From: Torpedo marmorata
Taxonomy: Eukaryota
DNA: 64,000 bases
Assembly (NCBI GenBank): GCA_977017645.1
Contig: OZ360222.1
Span: forward strand, 120,652,001 to 120,716,000
Direction of reading: 5' to 3'
In this document: positions 12,170-25,544 of the stretch, in pieces
Layout of the letters: every line of letters begins with the position of its first letter
Numbering within the stretch: the stretch's first letter is position 1
Program-made: the position numbers and the translations under genes
Notes under the pieces: generated by a model
Seen by the model: the letters and a program-made list of their open reading frames with translations, nothing else
Databases searched by the model: none
Told to the model about the DNA's origin: nothing

Positions 12170-14756
12170 TATATAAGAAGAGAAATTCAAGAATTTTTAC
12201 AGATTAATTCTAATTCGATTGATAATAAATTTATTATTTGGGAAGCTTTAAAGGCTTATTTAAGAGGCCAAATAATAAGTTATTGAGCAAAAGTTAAGAA
12301 GGAATACGTTCGGGAAGTGGATAATTTGGAGAGGGAGATTGAATTCTTGGAGAAGGACTTGTTAAAAGAGATCAGAAGAAAAGAGGAAAAATTTACCGGT
12401 AATTGGAAAAAAATTGCATTATAATACATTACAAACATATAAAATGGAAAAATTAATTGAAAGAACTAAGCAAAGATATTATGAATTGGGAGAAAGAGCG
12501 CATAAACTGTTGGCGTGGCAATTAAAGAAAGAACAAACCTCTCGAACTATAAATGCTATAAAAAGAATTCCAAGAAAATAACATATAAACCTCGAGAAAT
12601 AAATGATTCCTTTAAGGAATTTTATTTGAATTTATATAAATCTCAAATTGATAAAGATGATTCTAAAATCAATGAATTCCTATCTAAAATTAAGTTACCT
12701 AGATTAAATACTCAAAGTAAAGAACTTTTAGATTTGTCTTTTTCGATGAGGGAAGTTAATGATGTTCTTAGTTCTCTAACAAGTGGAAAATCTCCAGGGG
12801 AGGATGGTTTCCCATCAGCATTTTATAAGGAGTTTAAAGATTTATTGATAACTCCATATATTAATGTGTTGAAACAAATAACGGAAACTCATTCGTTACC
12901 GGAAATATTTTCGAATGCAATAATTACAGTTATACCTAAAAAAGATAGAGATGTGTTGAAAACAGAATCATATAGACCAATTTCATTGCTAAATGTGGAT
13001 TATAAGATGATGGCAAATATTTTAGCAAATAGAGTGGCTAAATATTTACCAGATTTAATCCATGTAGATCAAGCTGGTTTTATTAAGAATAGATACTCAA
13101 AAGATAATATCGCTAGATTAATTAGTTTAATAAAAAAAAGAGGACCAAGCATTAGTATTAACATTAGATGCTGAAAAGACTTGACAGATTAGAGTGGAAT
13201 TATTTATTTAAGGTATTGGGGAAATTTGGTTTTGGAACTACATTTATTAATTGGATTAAAACTATATATAAAGAACCATCTGCTAGAGTGGTGACAAATG
13301 GACAAATTTCTTCAAAATTTTCTTTGACTAGGTCAATTAGACAAGGATGTCCTTTGTCGCCTGCATTGTTTATTTTAGCAATAGAACCTTTAGCAGAATT
13401 AATTAGACAAGATATTAGGATTGCAGGTATTAAAGTTGGAAGAGAAGAGCATAAAATTAGTTTATTTGCAGATGATGTATTGATTTATATGACAAAATAT
13501 TACTTTAATACAATTGAATGTTTTATTCAAAGAATATGGGGAAATATCTGGTTATAAGATTAATTCTGATAAAAGTGAAATTATGGCATTGACACAAGGG
13601 GATTATAGTAAATGTAAAGAAATTACACAATTTAAATGGTCAAATGAAGGATTTAAATATTTGTGAATAAAGATTGATATAAAATTAGCTAATTTATATA
13701 AATTAAATTATTTACCATTATTTATGAAAATTAAAAAAGATTTAGAAAGTTGGAAGGATTTATCTATAACTTTAATAGGAAGGGTAAACTGTATTAAAAT
13801 GAATCTCTTTCCAAGAATTCAATATCTTTTTCAATCAATTCCTTATGAAATTCCTCCGAAATTCTTTAAGGATTTAAATTTAATTATTAGCAAGTTTTTG
13901 TGAAAAGGAAAGTTGGCTAGCGTAGGTATGGAGAAATTAACTTGGAATTATGAAATGGGTGGTTTACAACTTCCTAATTTTCAAAATTATTATAAAGCAG
14001 CTCAATTAAAATTTGTTAATGAAATGTTTGATTTAGGAAAATCTTCTGCTTGGATTAGAATAGAACTAAATAATATAGGAGAAGATTTGAAAGAAGAAGT
14101 TATTTATAAATGGAATTCTAAATTATTATTAACAAGAGGGAAGAATTCTCCTATTTTTAAACATTTGTTAGAAATATGGAATAGAGTGGATAGGGAGATA
14201 GGAGGGAAAGGGTCAATTTCTCGAAAATGCCTTTATATCAAAATAAACTTATTCCATTTACTGTTGATAATCAATTATTTAAAATTTGGTTCCAAAAGGG
14301 AATTAAGAAAATAAATGATTGTTTTGAAGCTAGTAAATTTATTACTTTTGAAAGAATGAAAGAAAAGTTTAATGTATTAAACAATACACTTTTTGCTTAT
14401 TATCAAATCAGAGCATTTTTAGTTGAAAGGTTGGATTATAGTTTGACTTTACCAAGACAGAGTGAACTGGAATTATTAGTTACTAATGGAGGTGTAAATA
14501 AATTTATTTCTCAAATGTATAGATTGTTACAGATGAAAATGCCTAAATTAGGAATTCACAAATCAAGATTAAAATGGGAATCAGATTTGAATGTAACAAT
14601 AGATGAAGATCACTGGAAAGAATTATGTAAACTAAGTATGACGAAGATTATTAATGTTAGATATAGATTAGTGCAATATAATTTTTTTCATCAATTATAT
14701 TTAACGCCTAAAAAATTAAAGAAATTAAATTCGACATCAGGTTTATGTTTTAGATG

Positions 14757-15661
14757 TGTTATGGACCATGACTGACCATTTGGACTGCGGACAGTTAGCA
14801 GGAAGGATGAATTCTTTTGGAGTATACACTGGGGCCAGGTACTGAAAGAGTTAACTTCCCCAGCTACTTGGTGTACCCAGACAAGATACATTGTTGCACA
14901 CTTCTGGTGTACCCAGACAGAGAGAGACCAGAGAGAGAGACAGAGACAGGCTGAAGAAGATACATTTGTTTCACTTCTGCAAAAAGCAGGGGCAGATCTC
15001 TGCAAAGCAGACAGTTGTGAGTTGCAAGGCTACAGAACACAGCCAGATCCAGTTTTGTGTGCAAAAGTCAGAGAAAGACTGACAGAATAGCACATGGCCT
15101 CCTGTCTCAGAGAAAAATTCTGAGAAAAGCAACTTCTGTGGAGAACAGGCGTGAGATCAGCGAGACTAGCTGTGAGATTCAAGCATACGCCTAAATCAGT
15201 GGTATACTGATCTGGAACTTGCAATCCTTATGAACCCACAAGAAGGGGACGTCATCAGAGAAGAAAACAAGTATTTGTAAGCATAATCAGTCATTGTCTC
15301 TCTCCAACGTTCATTCAGAAGTACTTCTACCAGACCCAGAGCTGAAGTGAAGCCTGAACTTAGAGAGTGAATCTTGTGGACTGTTTATCTTTTTTTTGAC
15401 TGACTTGTTGTTTTATGACTGACCTGGGGTTTTTGGGGAAAGTTTTTCCATTTTTTTTCATAAGGGTTGGGCACAGACTGTAATGGTCTGGGCTTTACAC
15501 ACACACACATACACCTTTTAGATAAGAATAGAGTTTATAGACGTTTATAGTGGGGTTAATTGTTGTGAAATTATATGTTTACTTGTGTTTAATAAATAAT
15601 AATTTCAGTTTTACCCCTTTTGCATTGCGTCTTCTGTCGTTGCTGGTTTGATTCTGTAACA
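14757..15661 (+). mobile_element. Solo LTR (905 bp) inserted in L1 ORF2
   Basis: TGTTA...TAACA ends; 4-bp TSD GATG (14753-14756, 15662-15665); the L1 frame CFRC|NRE is restored on removal; a 36-bp piece of the same LTR lies at 4819-4854 (-). Confidence 0.88.
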
Positions 15662-16316
15662 GATGTAATAGAGAGGAAGGTTCTTTTGTACATTCTACAT
15701 GGTTCTGTCCAAAGATATATGATTTTTGGTTGAAAGTTAACAATTTTTTAGATAAAGTATTAAGTATTATACTTCCTATGATATTTTTGTTTGGGGATAT
15801 TAAAAGAATTAGTATTAAGATGAGATTAAATATGTATCAAATAGAATTTCTGCGAATTGCTTTAGCTGTTTCTAAGAAATGCATTGCTATTACTTGGAAA
15901 TCTGATGTAGATTTAGGGTTAGAAAGATGGCATGCAGAACTTCGTTCAGCTATACCACTTGAAAAAATTACTTATAATTTATGTAATAAATATCATTTCT
16001 TTTTGAAAATATGGAGCCCATATATAAAAACTGTTGGTTTAAGGATTTGAAGATCTCTGGATATCAGATCTGACTGGCGAACCTATCTTCCACAATAAAA
16101 TTAGTTTATAGTTCTTTTTTAGATTGACATTCTCCTTACTCTATCTTTTTTTTTTCTTTCGTTTTCTTTTTTATTTTAGTAGATTGGTAGTGGTGGGAGG
16201 GTTAGGGAGGGGGGGTGAAAATGTATCACATGTATTTTGATAATTTTTTATTTTGTATTTTGTGATTTAAAAATTTTAAATAAAATATTTATATTAAAAA
16301 AAGTTATTACAGGAAG

Positions 16317-17803
16317 CAAGGGAAAAGATTGCTGGAGCTTTGGTGATGGTATTTGCATCCTCCCTGGCCACAGGAGAAGTACCGTAGGATTGAAGAATGA
16401 CAAATGTATTCTCTTTGTTTAAGAAAAGTAAGAGGGAGAATCTTGGGAATTGTACACCAGTGAGTCTCACATCAGTGGTGGGCAAACAATTGGAGAGGAT
16501 TCTTAGGGGCAGGATTTATGGGCATTTAGAGAAGCATAGTCTTATTGGGGATAGTCAGCATGGCTTTGAGAGGCAGGATGTGCCTCATGAGGCTTATTGA
16601 GTTTTTCAAGGAGTGGACAAAGGAAATCTACAGAAGGTAAGCTTGTGGATGTGGTGTGTCTGGATTTTAGTAAGGCGTTTGACAAGGCCCCCCCCCCCCC
16701 TTCCTCCATGGCAGGCTCATTCAGAAAGTCATGAGAGGGCATGGGATCCAAAGAGCCTTGGCTGCTTGGATTTGGAATTAGCTTGCCTGCAGAAAACAGG
16801 ATAGTAGTAAATAGAATGTATTCTGCCAAAAGGTCAGTGACTAGTGGCATTCTGCAGGGATCTGTTCTGGGAACTCTGCTCTTTATGATTTTTAAATGAC
16901 TTGGATGAAGTGCAGGGGTGGGTCATTGAGTTTGAAGATGATACAAAAGTTGAAAGTGTTGTGGATAGTGTAGAAGGTTGTCATAGGTTACAACAGGAAA
17001 AAGACAGGATGCAGAGAAGTGGCAGATAGAGTTCAATCCGGATAAGTATGAAGTGATGCACTTTGGAAGGTTGAATTTGAAGGCAGAGTGTGTGGTAACA
17101 ACAGGATTCTTAAAAGTGGAGATCAGAGATCTTTGGGTCCAGGCCCTTTGATCCCTGAAAGTTGCCACACAAGTTGATAGGGTGGTTAAGAAGGCGTAAG
17201 GGTGTGATGGCCTTCATTTGCCAGGAGATTGGGCTCAAGAGCCGTGAGGTAATGTTGCAGTTCTGTAAAACTCTGGTTATACCACACTTGGAGTATTGCA
17301 TTCAGTTCTGGTTGCTTCATTACAAGAAGAATGTTGATGCTTTGGAGAGGATGCAGAGGAGATTTACTAAGGTTGTTGCCTGGATATGAGAACATGTCTG
17401 TGGAGCAAGGTTGACTGAGCTTGGCCTTTTCTCTGTGGAGCAACAAAGGATGAGAGGTGACTTGATAAGAATTAGGGGCTTGGATAGGGTTGACAGCCAG
17501 CACCTTTTTCCTGGGGTGACAAAAGCAAACATCAGAGGACATCGGTTTAAGGTGAGTGGGGGGAAATTCTGAGAGGCAAGTTTTTTTTGTGTTTTTTTTT
17601 TACTCAGAGTGGTGGGTGCCTGGAATGCATGCCAGGGCTGGTACAATAAGGGCATTCAAAAGACTCTTTGATAGGCACATGGATGTAAGGAAAAATAGGT
17701 TATGTGTGAGGGAGGCGAAAAATTAGATTGTTGTGGAGTTGGTTTCCATAGGTCGACACAACATCCTGAGCTGAAGGGCCTGAACTGTGCTATTATGTTC
17801 TAT
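16317..17803 (+). mobile_element. Degenerate CR1 LINE, 3' part (RT and 3' end)
   Basis: PVSLTSVVGK, SQHGF and PHLEYCIQFW motifs; CR1-type 3' end. Confidence 0.88.
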
Positions 17804-19024
17804 GAAAGCTGTGAAATAGCGACAACTGTGTAAATCCTCTCCAATGTATTTTTGAATTCCAATTTTTGCCTTTGCAATGACTGAACATCTGCCACCATTG
17901 ATTGTCATTATACTGTGAAACTGATGGGGACTCCTGCTATATCCATATATGCAGTGAGGTGGTCAATGCTATGACTCACTGCTTCTGATCTCCAGAAATC
18001 AATGTATTAACCAAACTTGAAAGATTTCCACATTATTCTTGCTGCAATGTCCCTGGATGTATTACACTTGGTGCTGTGAGGTAACATTTATTGGAATACC
18101 TAGTCATCATTACCACTCAGCAAACTCCGCTCCTCTTTCTAAAAAGATACTTATGCAGGTTGTAAATCTCTGAACACATTTCAAAATTCATTGGATTCTA
18201 AGTTACTTAAAAGATGGATGTTTCAGCGAAACAAATCTTTTATTTGCATTCTGAAAAATGGTTAAAATATTTCTTAAGTTATACTTTATCCTTTCCCTGG
18301 GTTGCTGTTGGAGAATACTTTTATAGCTGGCTGCTCTATGACCTGAACACCAGAGATCCATTTTATTTGGAGTCATGAGCAGCATATGCCAGGAGTGTGA
18401 TGCTGTGGAGCCCACAAGGCTTTGGTGGGCTACATCCTTCACTGTTTGTTTGCTGCTGACTACAAAATCCAGGCCGTTGTTTGCTCAGGATGAAATGATT
18501 AGGAATAATGAGTATAGTGATGCCTAACAAGCTGAATTCAAATGTTCTCATTTTTTTCTCAGGGGGCAAAGGTATTCTATTGATATGATTATTGTGCTGG
18601 TAGTGCATGCTGATGCATGGTTCTGCATGTGGTTTTATTCCTTTGCTCCCTTCTGAATTCTTGAAAATATCTTCTCAGTGCTGCCTTCCTTGTCTGATGC
18701 TTTCCTTTATTGAATTGTGTTGACCAGGGATGCTGAGACAAATGGTAGTTCAGCCACTCTTCACCTGTTGAAATTGTCCTCCTATTTTTAGTGGAGGGAA
18801 AACTGAGTGGGAGATGGATCTTTAGTGGAATGGTTAATTGTGAACCAACTTTTTGCATAAAAAAAGCAGGTTGCAGTAATGCCCCATTGAACCTTTCGGT
18901 CTTCAAGACTGCTAAGGGATCTTTTCTGTTTAGTGCTCTCATTAAATTTGGCAGTATTTTTGTCTAGTGGTTAAAACTGAAAACAGTATTAAAACTATTG
19001 TTTGCTGTTGCCTGTTTAATGTAG

Positions 19025-19173
19025 GTGCTTCTACTGAACCGCCTGGGTCGAATATTCCAAACGTGTTTTCCTCCAGTGCTAGTACTAGAGGCAAATGAAG
19101 GAGAAGTCTCTTCTCTGAGACAGCTTTTGCAGTCTGGATTTGGGAAAAGAGAGCAGATCCAAGCAAACAGTGG
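19025..19173 (+). CDS. AFTPH: Aftiphilin coding exon (VLLLNRLGRIFQTCFPP...QANSG)
   Basis: AG at 19023-19024 and GTAAG at 19174; 149 nt, phase 0 to 2. Translation resembles vertebrate AFTPH 'LLNRLERIFEACFP' (recalled) and joins the next exon in frame. Upstream exons were not found in the window. Confidence 0.88.
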
Positions 19174-19493
19174 GTAAGATTTACAGAAAGTACAAGAGGC
19201 TGAGGATTAAGTTGATATTCAGTTCGTTTTAAAAATTATTATATGGATTGAGGTTCAAAATTCAGCTGATGTTTTAGAATTGTATTTGATAACAGACATG
19301 TTCTGTTGGACTGATTTAAGGTAAAATGTACTTTGTTTTGAATTGTGTAATAATTCTGTATGCTAAACCAGATTTTAAATTGTAAGATGTAAAAGAAATC
19401 TAATAAACAATATAATGAAGAAAATCATTAGTTAATGTACTTTGTCATGTGTTATGCTGAATAGCCTTGTTTTTTTTATAAATGGTTGTGTAG

Positions 19494-19620
19494 GGAGTTA
19501 TTGGCTGTGTGGACGGAGCTGCAGGACGTAGAAGATGCTCATGGCCTGAGGTACCAGTGGGGGGGCTCCCATAGCAACAAAAAGCTTCTGATTTCCCTGG
19601 GAATTGATACCCGAAACATA
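19494..19620 (+). CDS. AFTPH: Aftiphilin exon, conserved C-terminal region (ELLAVWTELQDVEDAHGLRYQWGGSHSNKKLLISLGIDTRNI)
   Basis: TAG acceptor and GTAAGT donor at 19621; 127 nt, phase 2 to 0; carries the AFTPH motif YQWGGSHSNKKLL. Confidence 0.95.
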
Positions 19621-20220
19621 GTAAGTCATGTTCTGTGGGGAAGGGGGCAGAGTTTTATTTTGCATGTTTATTATGCATGGCATGTATCATGGATTGCTTG
19701 GAACCTATTGTTCTTTGTCTTAGGCAAACACTATATGTTAAACAAAGAAAAGTGAGTTGTGTGAACAGCTCTTTTTGTTCAAACAATTGCATTTCAGTTT
19801 ATTCTTTTTCAGCTCATTTTCTTCACAACTTAGTACAGGTAAATGATTCTTTGTGCAGCAGCAATACCCATTAACAATGAGCAGAACACTTATTTAACTT
19901 TTTATTTCAAGAGAACTATCCTGACTACATTGAATTAGCCACTAAAACAAGCAATTACTGAGCAACTTAAATGCCCCTTAAGCTTTTGACTCATGAGAGT
20001 GTGATATTTCATAGTTCTGCTCTGAAGTTTAACTTGGATTATGAACAACTTGTATGACATGGTTTTTATTTCTGAAATGCATAGATTTTGTGCTTTATGA
20101 AACTTATGTAGAATTTGTAAACTACGTGTTCATCATTGTCATCATAATTTATGATTATCATGTGCTATTTTGGTATTACAATTTATAAATATGTATGTCA
20201 TTTTTTTTCTGTTTTGCAAG

Positions 20221-20277
20221 CTGTTTACTGGGCAAAGGAAACAGCCTGTTATAGTTCCTGCTTATGCATCTGGACTG
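20221..20277 (+). CDS. AFTPH: Aftiphilin exon (LFTGQRKQPVIVPAYASGL)
   Basis: Polypyrimidine tract plus AAG acceptor, GTAAGT donor, 57 nt, phase 0/0; resembles AFTPH LFTGNKKQPVIVPMYAAGL (recalled). Confidence 0.93.
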
Positions 20278-20864
20278 GTAAGTCCAAATTTATGAAAAGT
20301 ATTTTAGTCATCTATATTTAAGCTTTGTCTGAATTAGTCAGAAACTTGACATTGTGTCATTTTGGATTTTGACCTTTTGAACATCATATACACTACCATT
20401 TTTATTTGCAAACCGTGTGAATTGAAGTTTATAAATGGTGAGATAAGCACTTACAATTGTTATAAACTACCAGCTACTTCAGGTGTACATCCAGACAGTG
20501 AAATATGGAAATCCATAAACTGCTATCATTGATGCCATATTCCTCTAACCAATACATTTATGGTTGCAGTCTTTGTATATCTATTTAAGATTCACAAAAT
20601 AAAATACCACAGTAACAATTATGCTTGCATTATGCACTTTAACTATGAACACAAAATTCACACAGTATTATCCAATGACAATCTGAGGTTTTTAAATGTG
20701 TAGTAGATTATTGCAGCTGAACCATTGCTGGCCTTAAAATAAATAAATAAATAAAAAGTTAGAAGTGTTGTGTCTCCGACAAACGATGTTGTTGGGTAAA
20801 ATGTTAATTTTTTGTGATCTTTCTGATTAATTCAGGTTTGAGTCCAACCCTTTTACTTTTCAAC

Positions 20865-21252
20865 TTGAACATTACATCACAGTACAGGCCCTTTGGACCA
20901 CGATGTTGTGCTGATCTATATAAATCTACACCTTCTCTACCTCACACCCATAACCCTCTGTTTTTCTTGCATCCATGTGTCTGTCTAAAGACATTTAAGA
21001 GTCTTTTAAATGTCCATATTGTACCAGCCTCCACCTCCACCCATAGCAATGCATTCCAGGCACCCACTGGTCTTTTAAAAAAAAAAAAAAAAATAAATAA
21101 AAAAAAAATCTTAGCTTGACGCCTTCCCTAAACTTTCCTTCTCTCATCTTGTACAGATGTCCTCTGGTATTTGCTACTGTTGGCCCGGGAAAAAGGTGCT
21201 GGCTGTCTACCCTATCTATGCCTCTCGTAATCTTGTAGACCTCTATTAAGTG
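20865..21252 (-). mobile_element. CR1 3'-end fragment
   Basis: Reverse complement resembles the CR1 tails at 17450-17800 and 27260-27610. Confidence 0.75.
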
Positions 21253-21736
21253 CGATTTGTGATATTTCTTTCCTGTTCTGTGGCTTACAAATTTGCAGTG
21301 ACAATATCACATGAAATTAATTGCTTAATGTGCTATCTTTTATATACAGTTATCTATTTTATTTAAGTTCATTAGTTCCCAGAACAATCTTGATTCCTCC
21401 TACAGTGTTCTATTTGTAATGAAAGTTTATTTGGCTGAAAGGTTGATTATTTATTTTTCTCAATAATTCAGACTGATTTTAGTAATTCCAGCATTTTGAT
21501 TTTTGTTTGTGTTACTTGCATTTGTTAGTGATTTTTTTTTGTTTTATTCATGTGAAAGGTAAATTTTGCAACTACATGTGCACAATTGGATTATCAAATA
21601 CTGGCTGTACAACATCTTTGAACTGAATTAGAAGTTGAGAGCAATTTTGTTCTTGCGCACGCTTGCCACTTTTATCTGACAAACAGAAATGTAACTTCTA
21701 ATGGTATAATTTAAGTAGATTACTTGTTTATTTTAG

Positions 21737-21868
21737 GGCATGTTAGAACCCACCAAAGAACCAGTCAAACCAATATCAGCTGCAGAGAAAATAGCTTCAA
21801 TAGGTCAGACACCAACTGCAAGTGTTTCGGCATCTGAGATGAGCTCTTCTGCATGTGATCAAACTCAG
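21737..21868 (+). CDS. AFTPH: Aftiphilin exon (GMLEPTKEPVKPISAAEKIASIGQ...CDQTQ)
   Basis: TTTTAG acceptor, GTAATG donor, 132 nt, phase 0/0. Confidence 0.95.
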
Positions 21869-22337
21869 GTAATGATAAACTACATTTGTTTGCACTATAA
21901 AATAAGGGATATCTCTGTCCCCTTGCTCGTGGGTAATTATAATTACCAGTTGGTTGAGGAAGGGGGGAACGTCATGGAATCATTCAAGTTTGCACTATTT
22001 GTATTGGCTGAAGAGCTGTCCAACTTGGTCTCTCTTTCCAGTTCAATTCATTTTCAGGAATCTGGGTGTTAATGACAAGACAAGCATTTGTTATCAATTC
22101 TTAATTATTCTAGATGCTGCTGTCGTCTTTTGGTGGAAGTGCTCCATCCATGATTTAGACTTAGCAATCAATGATGAAGGGTCAGTAATGTGCTTCCAAG
22201 TTAGAATTGTGTGTGACTTGAATGGGAACCTGCAGTTGGTGGTGTTCCAGTGCTGCATTGCCTTTATCCTTCTTGGAGATAAAGGTCACAGGTAATAGAA
22301 ATATTTTTGGAGTCTGAGTGAATAACTTGCATTTTGT

Positions 22338-23790
22338 ATTCAAGTCAAGTTTATTGTCATCTGATTGTACAAGTACAACCCAACGAAACAGCATTCTCCG
22401 GTCCTCAGTGCAAAACATGCAGCCACACAACCAGACATAACACACATACAGACAAATAATACATATGCAGGACAAGTATGTCATCTATAAAAATAAATAA
22501 ATAAATATTGTTTTGTGCAAATGAGAGTCTCAGATGATTAGTGTGAGCAGTTCCTTTGGTCGTTCAGCATTCTCACTGCTCGTGGGAAGAAGCTGTTCCT
22601 CAGCCTGGTGGTGCTGGCTCTGATACTCCTGTATCTCTTCCCCGATGGGAGCAGCTGAAAGATGCTGTGTGCAGGGTGGAAGGAGTCCTCAATGATTTTA
22701 CGTGGCCTCTTCAGACAACGATCCTGGTAGATCATGTTGATGGCGGGGGGAGACTCCGGTGATCCTCTCTGCCACTCTTATGATCCTGTGGATTAATCTC
22801 CGATTCATTTCTCTACAGCAACTGTACCACACTGTGATGTAGCCGGCCAGGACGCTCTCGATAGAGCGCTTGTAGAAGGTTGACATAATGGTGGCCGGTA
22901 GCCTTGCCCGCTCCAGTCTTCTCAGGAAATGCAGTCGCTATTGCGCCTTCCTGACAAGTAAAATTTAAAAATAATGGAGGTCAGTGCCACAGGGCAGTAG
23001 TCATTAAGGCCTGTTTATGTTGCCCTCTTGGGTTCCGGGATGATGGTGGCTGTCTTGAACCCTGCGGGAACGATGGACTGCTGCAGTGAGGTGTTGAAGA
23101 TGTCCATGAAGACCTCTATCAATTGGTCTGCGCAGTCCTTCAGTACCCGACCAGGTATGTTGTCTGGTCCCGCCGCCTTGTGTGGGTTCACCTTGGATAG
23201 GGTTCTCCTCACCTCAGCAGTGGCTATGCCGGGGGCCTGTTCATCAGGGGGACACGGAGCTTTCTTTGTCGACATCCTGTTCTTCTCAGTGTGTCCAGAA
23301 GGGCAGCGTCATTGCCCTTAACTCGCAAGGTTGACTTGTGATCCGTTATAGTCTTGATCCCTTGCCATATGTGCAATCGTGTCGCACAGCTGTCTGAATC
23401 TCCTGTGCGAACCCATGCTTTGCCTTCCGGATTGCATGGGAGAGTTCAGCCCTGGCTGATCTTACTGCCATCCTACACCCTGTCCTGAAAGCAGCATCAC
23501 AAGGTCTGGGAAGGGCCTAGACCTCTGTATCCAACCATGGTTTCTGGTTGGCCCTGGTTGTGAAGCATTTGATCTCGGTTTCATCCTCAATGCACTTGCT
23601 GATGTAGCCAGTCACTTAGCTCATGTACTCCTCTATGTTTACATGACCGTTGTAGGTGGCTGCCTCCCTGAAACTGCTCCAGTCCATGGTCTCAAAGCAG
23701 ACTTGCAGCGCTGCTGTGCCCCTCCCTCCCCGGACACATCCAGATCTCCCTGTGAACTGACCTCATTTGCTTTGCCAGCGGTCTGTAGAT
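22338..23790 (-). mobile_element. Rex1/Babar-like LINE fragment with the RT core deleted
   Basis: KAAGPDNIPGRVLKDCADQL, FYKRSIESVL and LLPSGKRYRSIRASTTRLRNSFFPRAVR motifs; (CTTGA)n-like tail; junction near 22965. Confidence 0.85.
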
Positions 23791-24489
23791 GATATACCTT
23801 GCAATCACTATCCTGAAATGCAGTTACTCAGACTCCAAGAACACTTCCTCAACCTGTAATTTGTAGCACCATAAAGAACAAGGTTATCAAATGGAAATGT
23901 GAACTGTTGTGCTTCACAAATGCTGCACCAACTATCTTTTCTGCACCTACATTTCTCCACTTGAACCTCCACATCATTACTTTGGGGAGTTCTAAATAAA
24001 ACAAGTACTTGCCCACAAAGACAGTAATCTGTTAGACAGTAACATTTTTTTGTCACAATCGTAGAAAAGATCTTAAACTAACTTCCTAACAGGTGACACA
24101 TCATAAAACGTGATGTGGAAAACAATACAGTACTAGAATGAGCAAGTCACAGACAATTATTCATTAGCCTTTAAAGTAATAGGATCATTGGATGGTGGGG
24201 GCATGAGAACTTCACCACCAGCAGGTTCCCATCCAAGTTGTACAGCATTGTAACTTGGAAAGCTATTGCTGGACCTTGATTGTTGCTGGGTTTCAGTCCT
24301 GCAGTACTCTTTCTAACAGTGCATTTGCAGCATTTTCGAGTTCAAGTTCATTATTATCTGACTGTACATATACAAACAGATCAAACAGATGAAACAGCAT
24401 TTCTCCGAATCACTGTGCACACACATACACAAAAAAATACACAGCACATAATAATCGCATATTTACATAACAAAATAATATAAAAATGA

Positions 24490-24705
24490 GCAGCACGGTT
24501 CGCATAGCAATGCTGTTACAGCGCCAACGATCGGGACCGGGGTTCAATTCCCGCGCTGTCTGTAAGGAGTTTGTACATTCTCCCCATGTCTGTGTAGGTT
24601 TCCTCCGGGTGCTCCGGTTTCCTCCCACCCTTCAAAAGGTACCAGGGGTTGGAGGTCAATTGGGTGAAATTGGGCAGCGTGGGGCTGGTACCATGCTGTA
24701 TGTCT
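24490..24705 (+). mobile_element. tRNA-derived V-SINE (HE1-like)
   Basis: B-box GGTTCAATTCCC followed by the V-domain GTTTCCTCCGGGTGCTCCGGTTTCCTCCCAC. Confidence 0.85.
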
Positions 24706-25544
24706 TTATATATTAAAAAAAATAATTAAAAAAAGTGTTGTTATTTTGGAATTTCAGTAGTAAAGGCTTTTAACTGCATACACCTTATAACTACTGCACC
24801 TGTGGTAGAAGGAATGAATATTTTCAGCGATGGAGTGCCAATCAATCATGCCGTGTGACAAAGCATTCTTTGTTAATAGCCACACAGTCAATAGTATTTC
24901 AAGTGAACATGTGCTTTGTAAATGTAGCGAGGGTGTGAGTTCTAATGCCCCATCATCCAAAAATCCTGTTACTTTAAAGGGTAACTATTAATTGTTTGGT
25001 AAATGGGAGAGGTGGGTGGTGTCATGAAGATAGTTTGGCAGCTCTTGGTGGAACAGGATAGAAGTTAATAAATTGGCATTGGATTCAAAGGACAGCAAGT
25101 TTGTCAGATGTTAGATTTTGGAGGTGAGTGAAATAAGTGTCAGTGGTGAAAATTGTTGCAGCAGCCAGACGGTCTTGGTTTTGACAATATTTGATTGGAA
25201 GGAATTGGTTTGCTATTTCAGCAAACTAACAACCTAATCAGTGGAGGAGTTTAAATATTAGTGACAATTCAACGGTGGCTGTCTTAGCTGCTGTGAAGAA
25301 ACCTAATCCCAAGGTTACAGGTCATATTGCCATGGAGGAACATGTAATGAAGAGATGTACAAGGATGAATTGACACCATTCCACAGAAATATTGTGATTG
25401 AAAAGGTAAAAATGGAAAAACTCTTGGTATTTCCACAAAACTGGAAGACTGTCTTTGGAGATGTTGTAACGGTTGATTGGTGAAAAATTCCAGTTGCTTG
25501 CACCCCAAAATTTGGCATTTTAGGTGCATCTTTATGCATTATGC

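Larger units (their letters stand above)
6793..16300 (+). mobile_element. Full-length L1-clade LINE (ORF1 about 6925-8353, ORF2 about 8646-16050), inactivated, with three nested insertions
   Basis: 16-bp TSD AAGTTATTACAGGAAG at 6777-6792 and 16301-16316; ORF1 motifs ENQSWRNNIKIVG, ERAHR, FYPD; ORF2 APE, RT and Cys domains; AATAAA and A-rich tail. Confidence 0.95.

Noticed and set aside
24490-24560. tRNA gene
   Set aside because: It is the tRNA-derived head of a V-SINE; no full cloverleaf is evident
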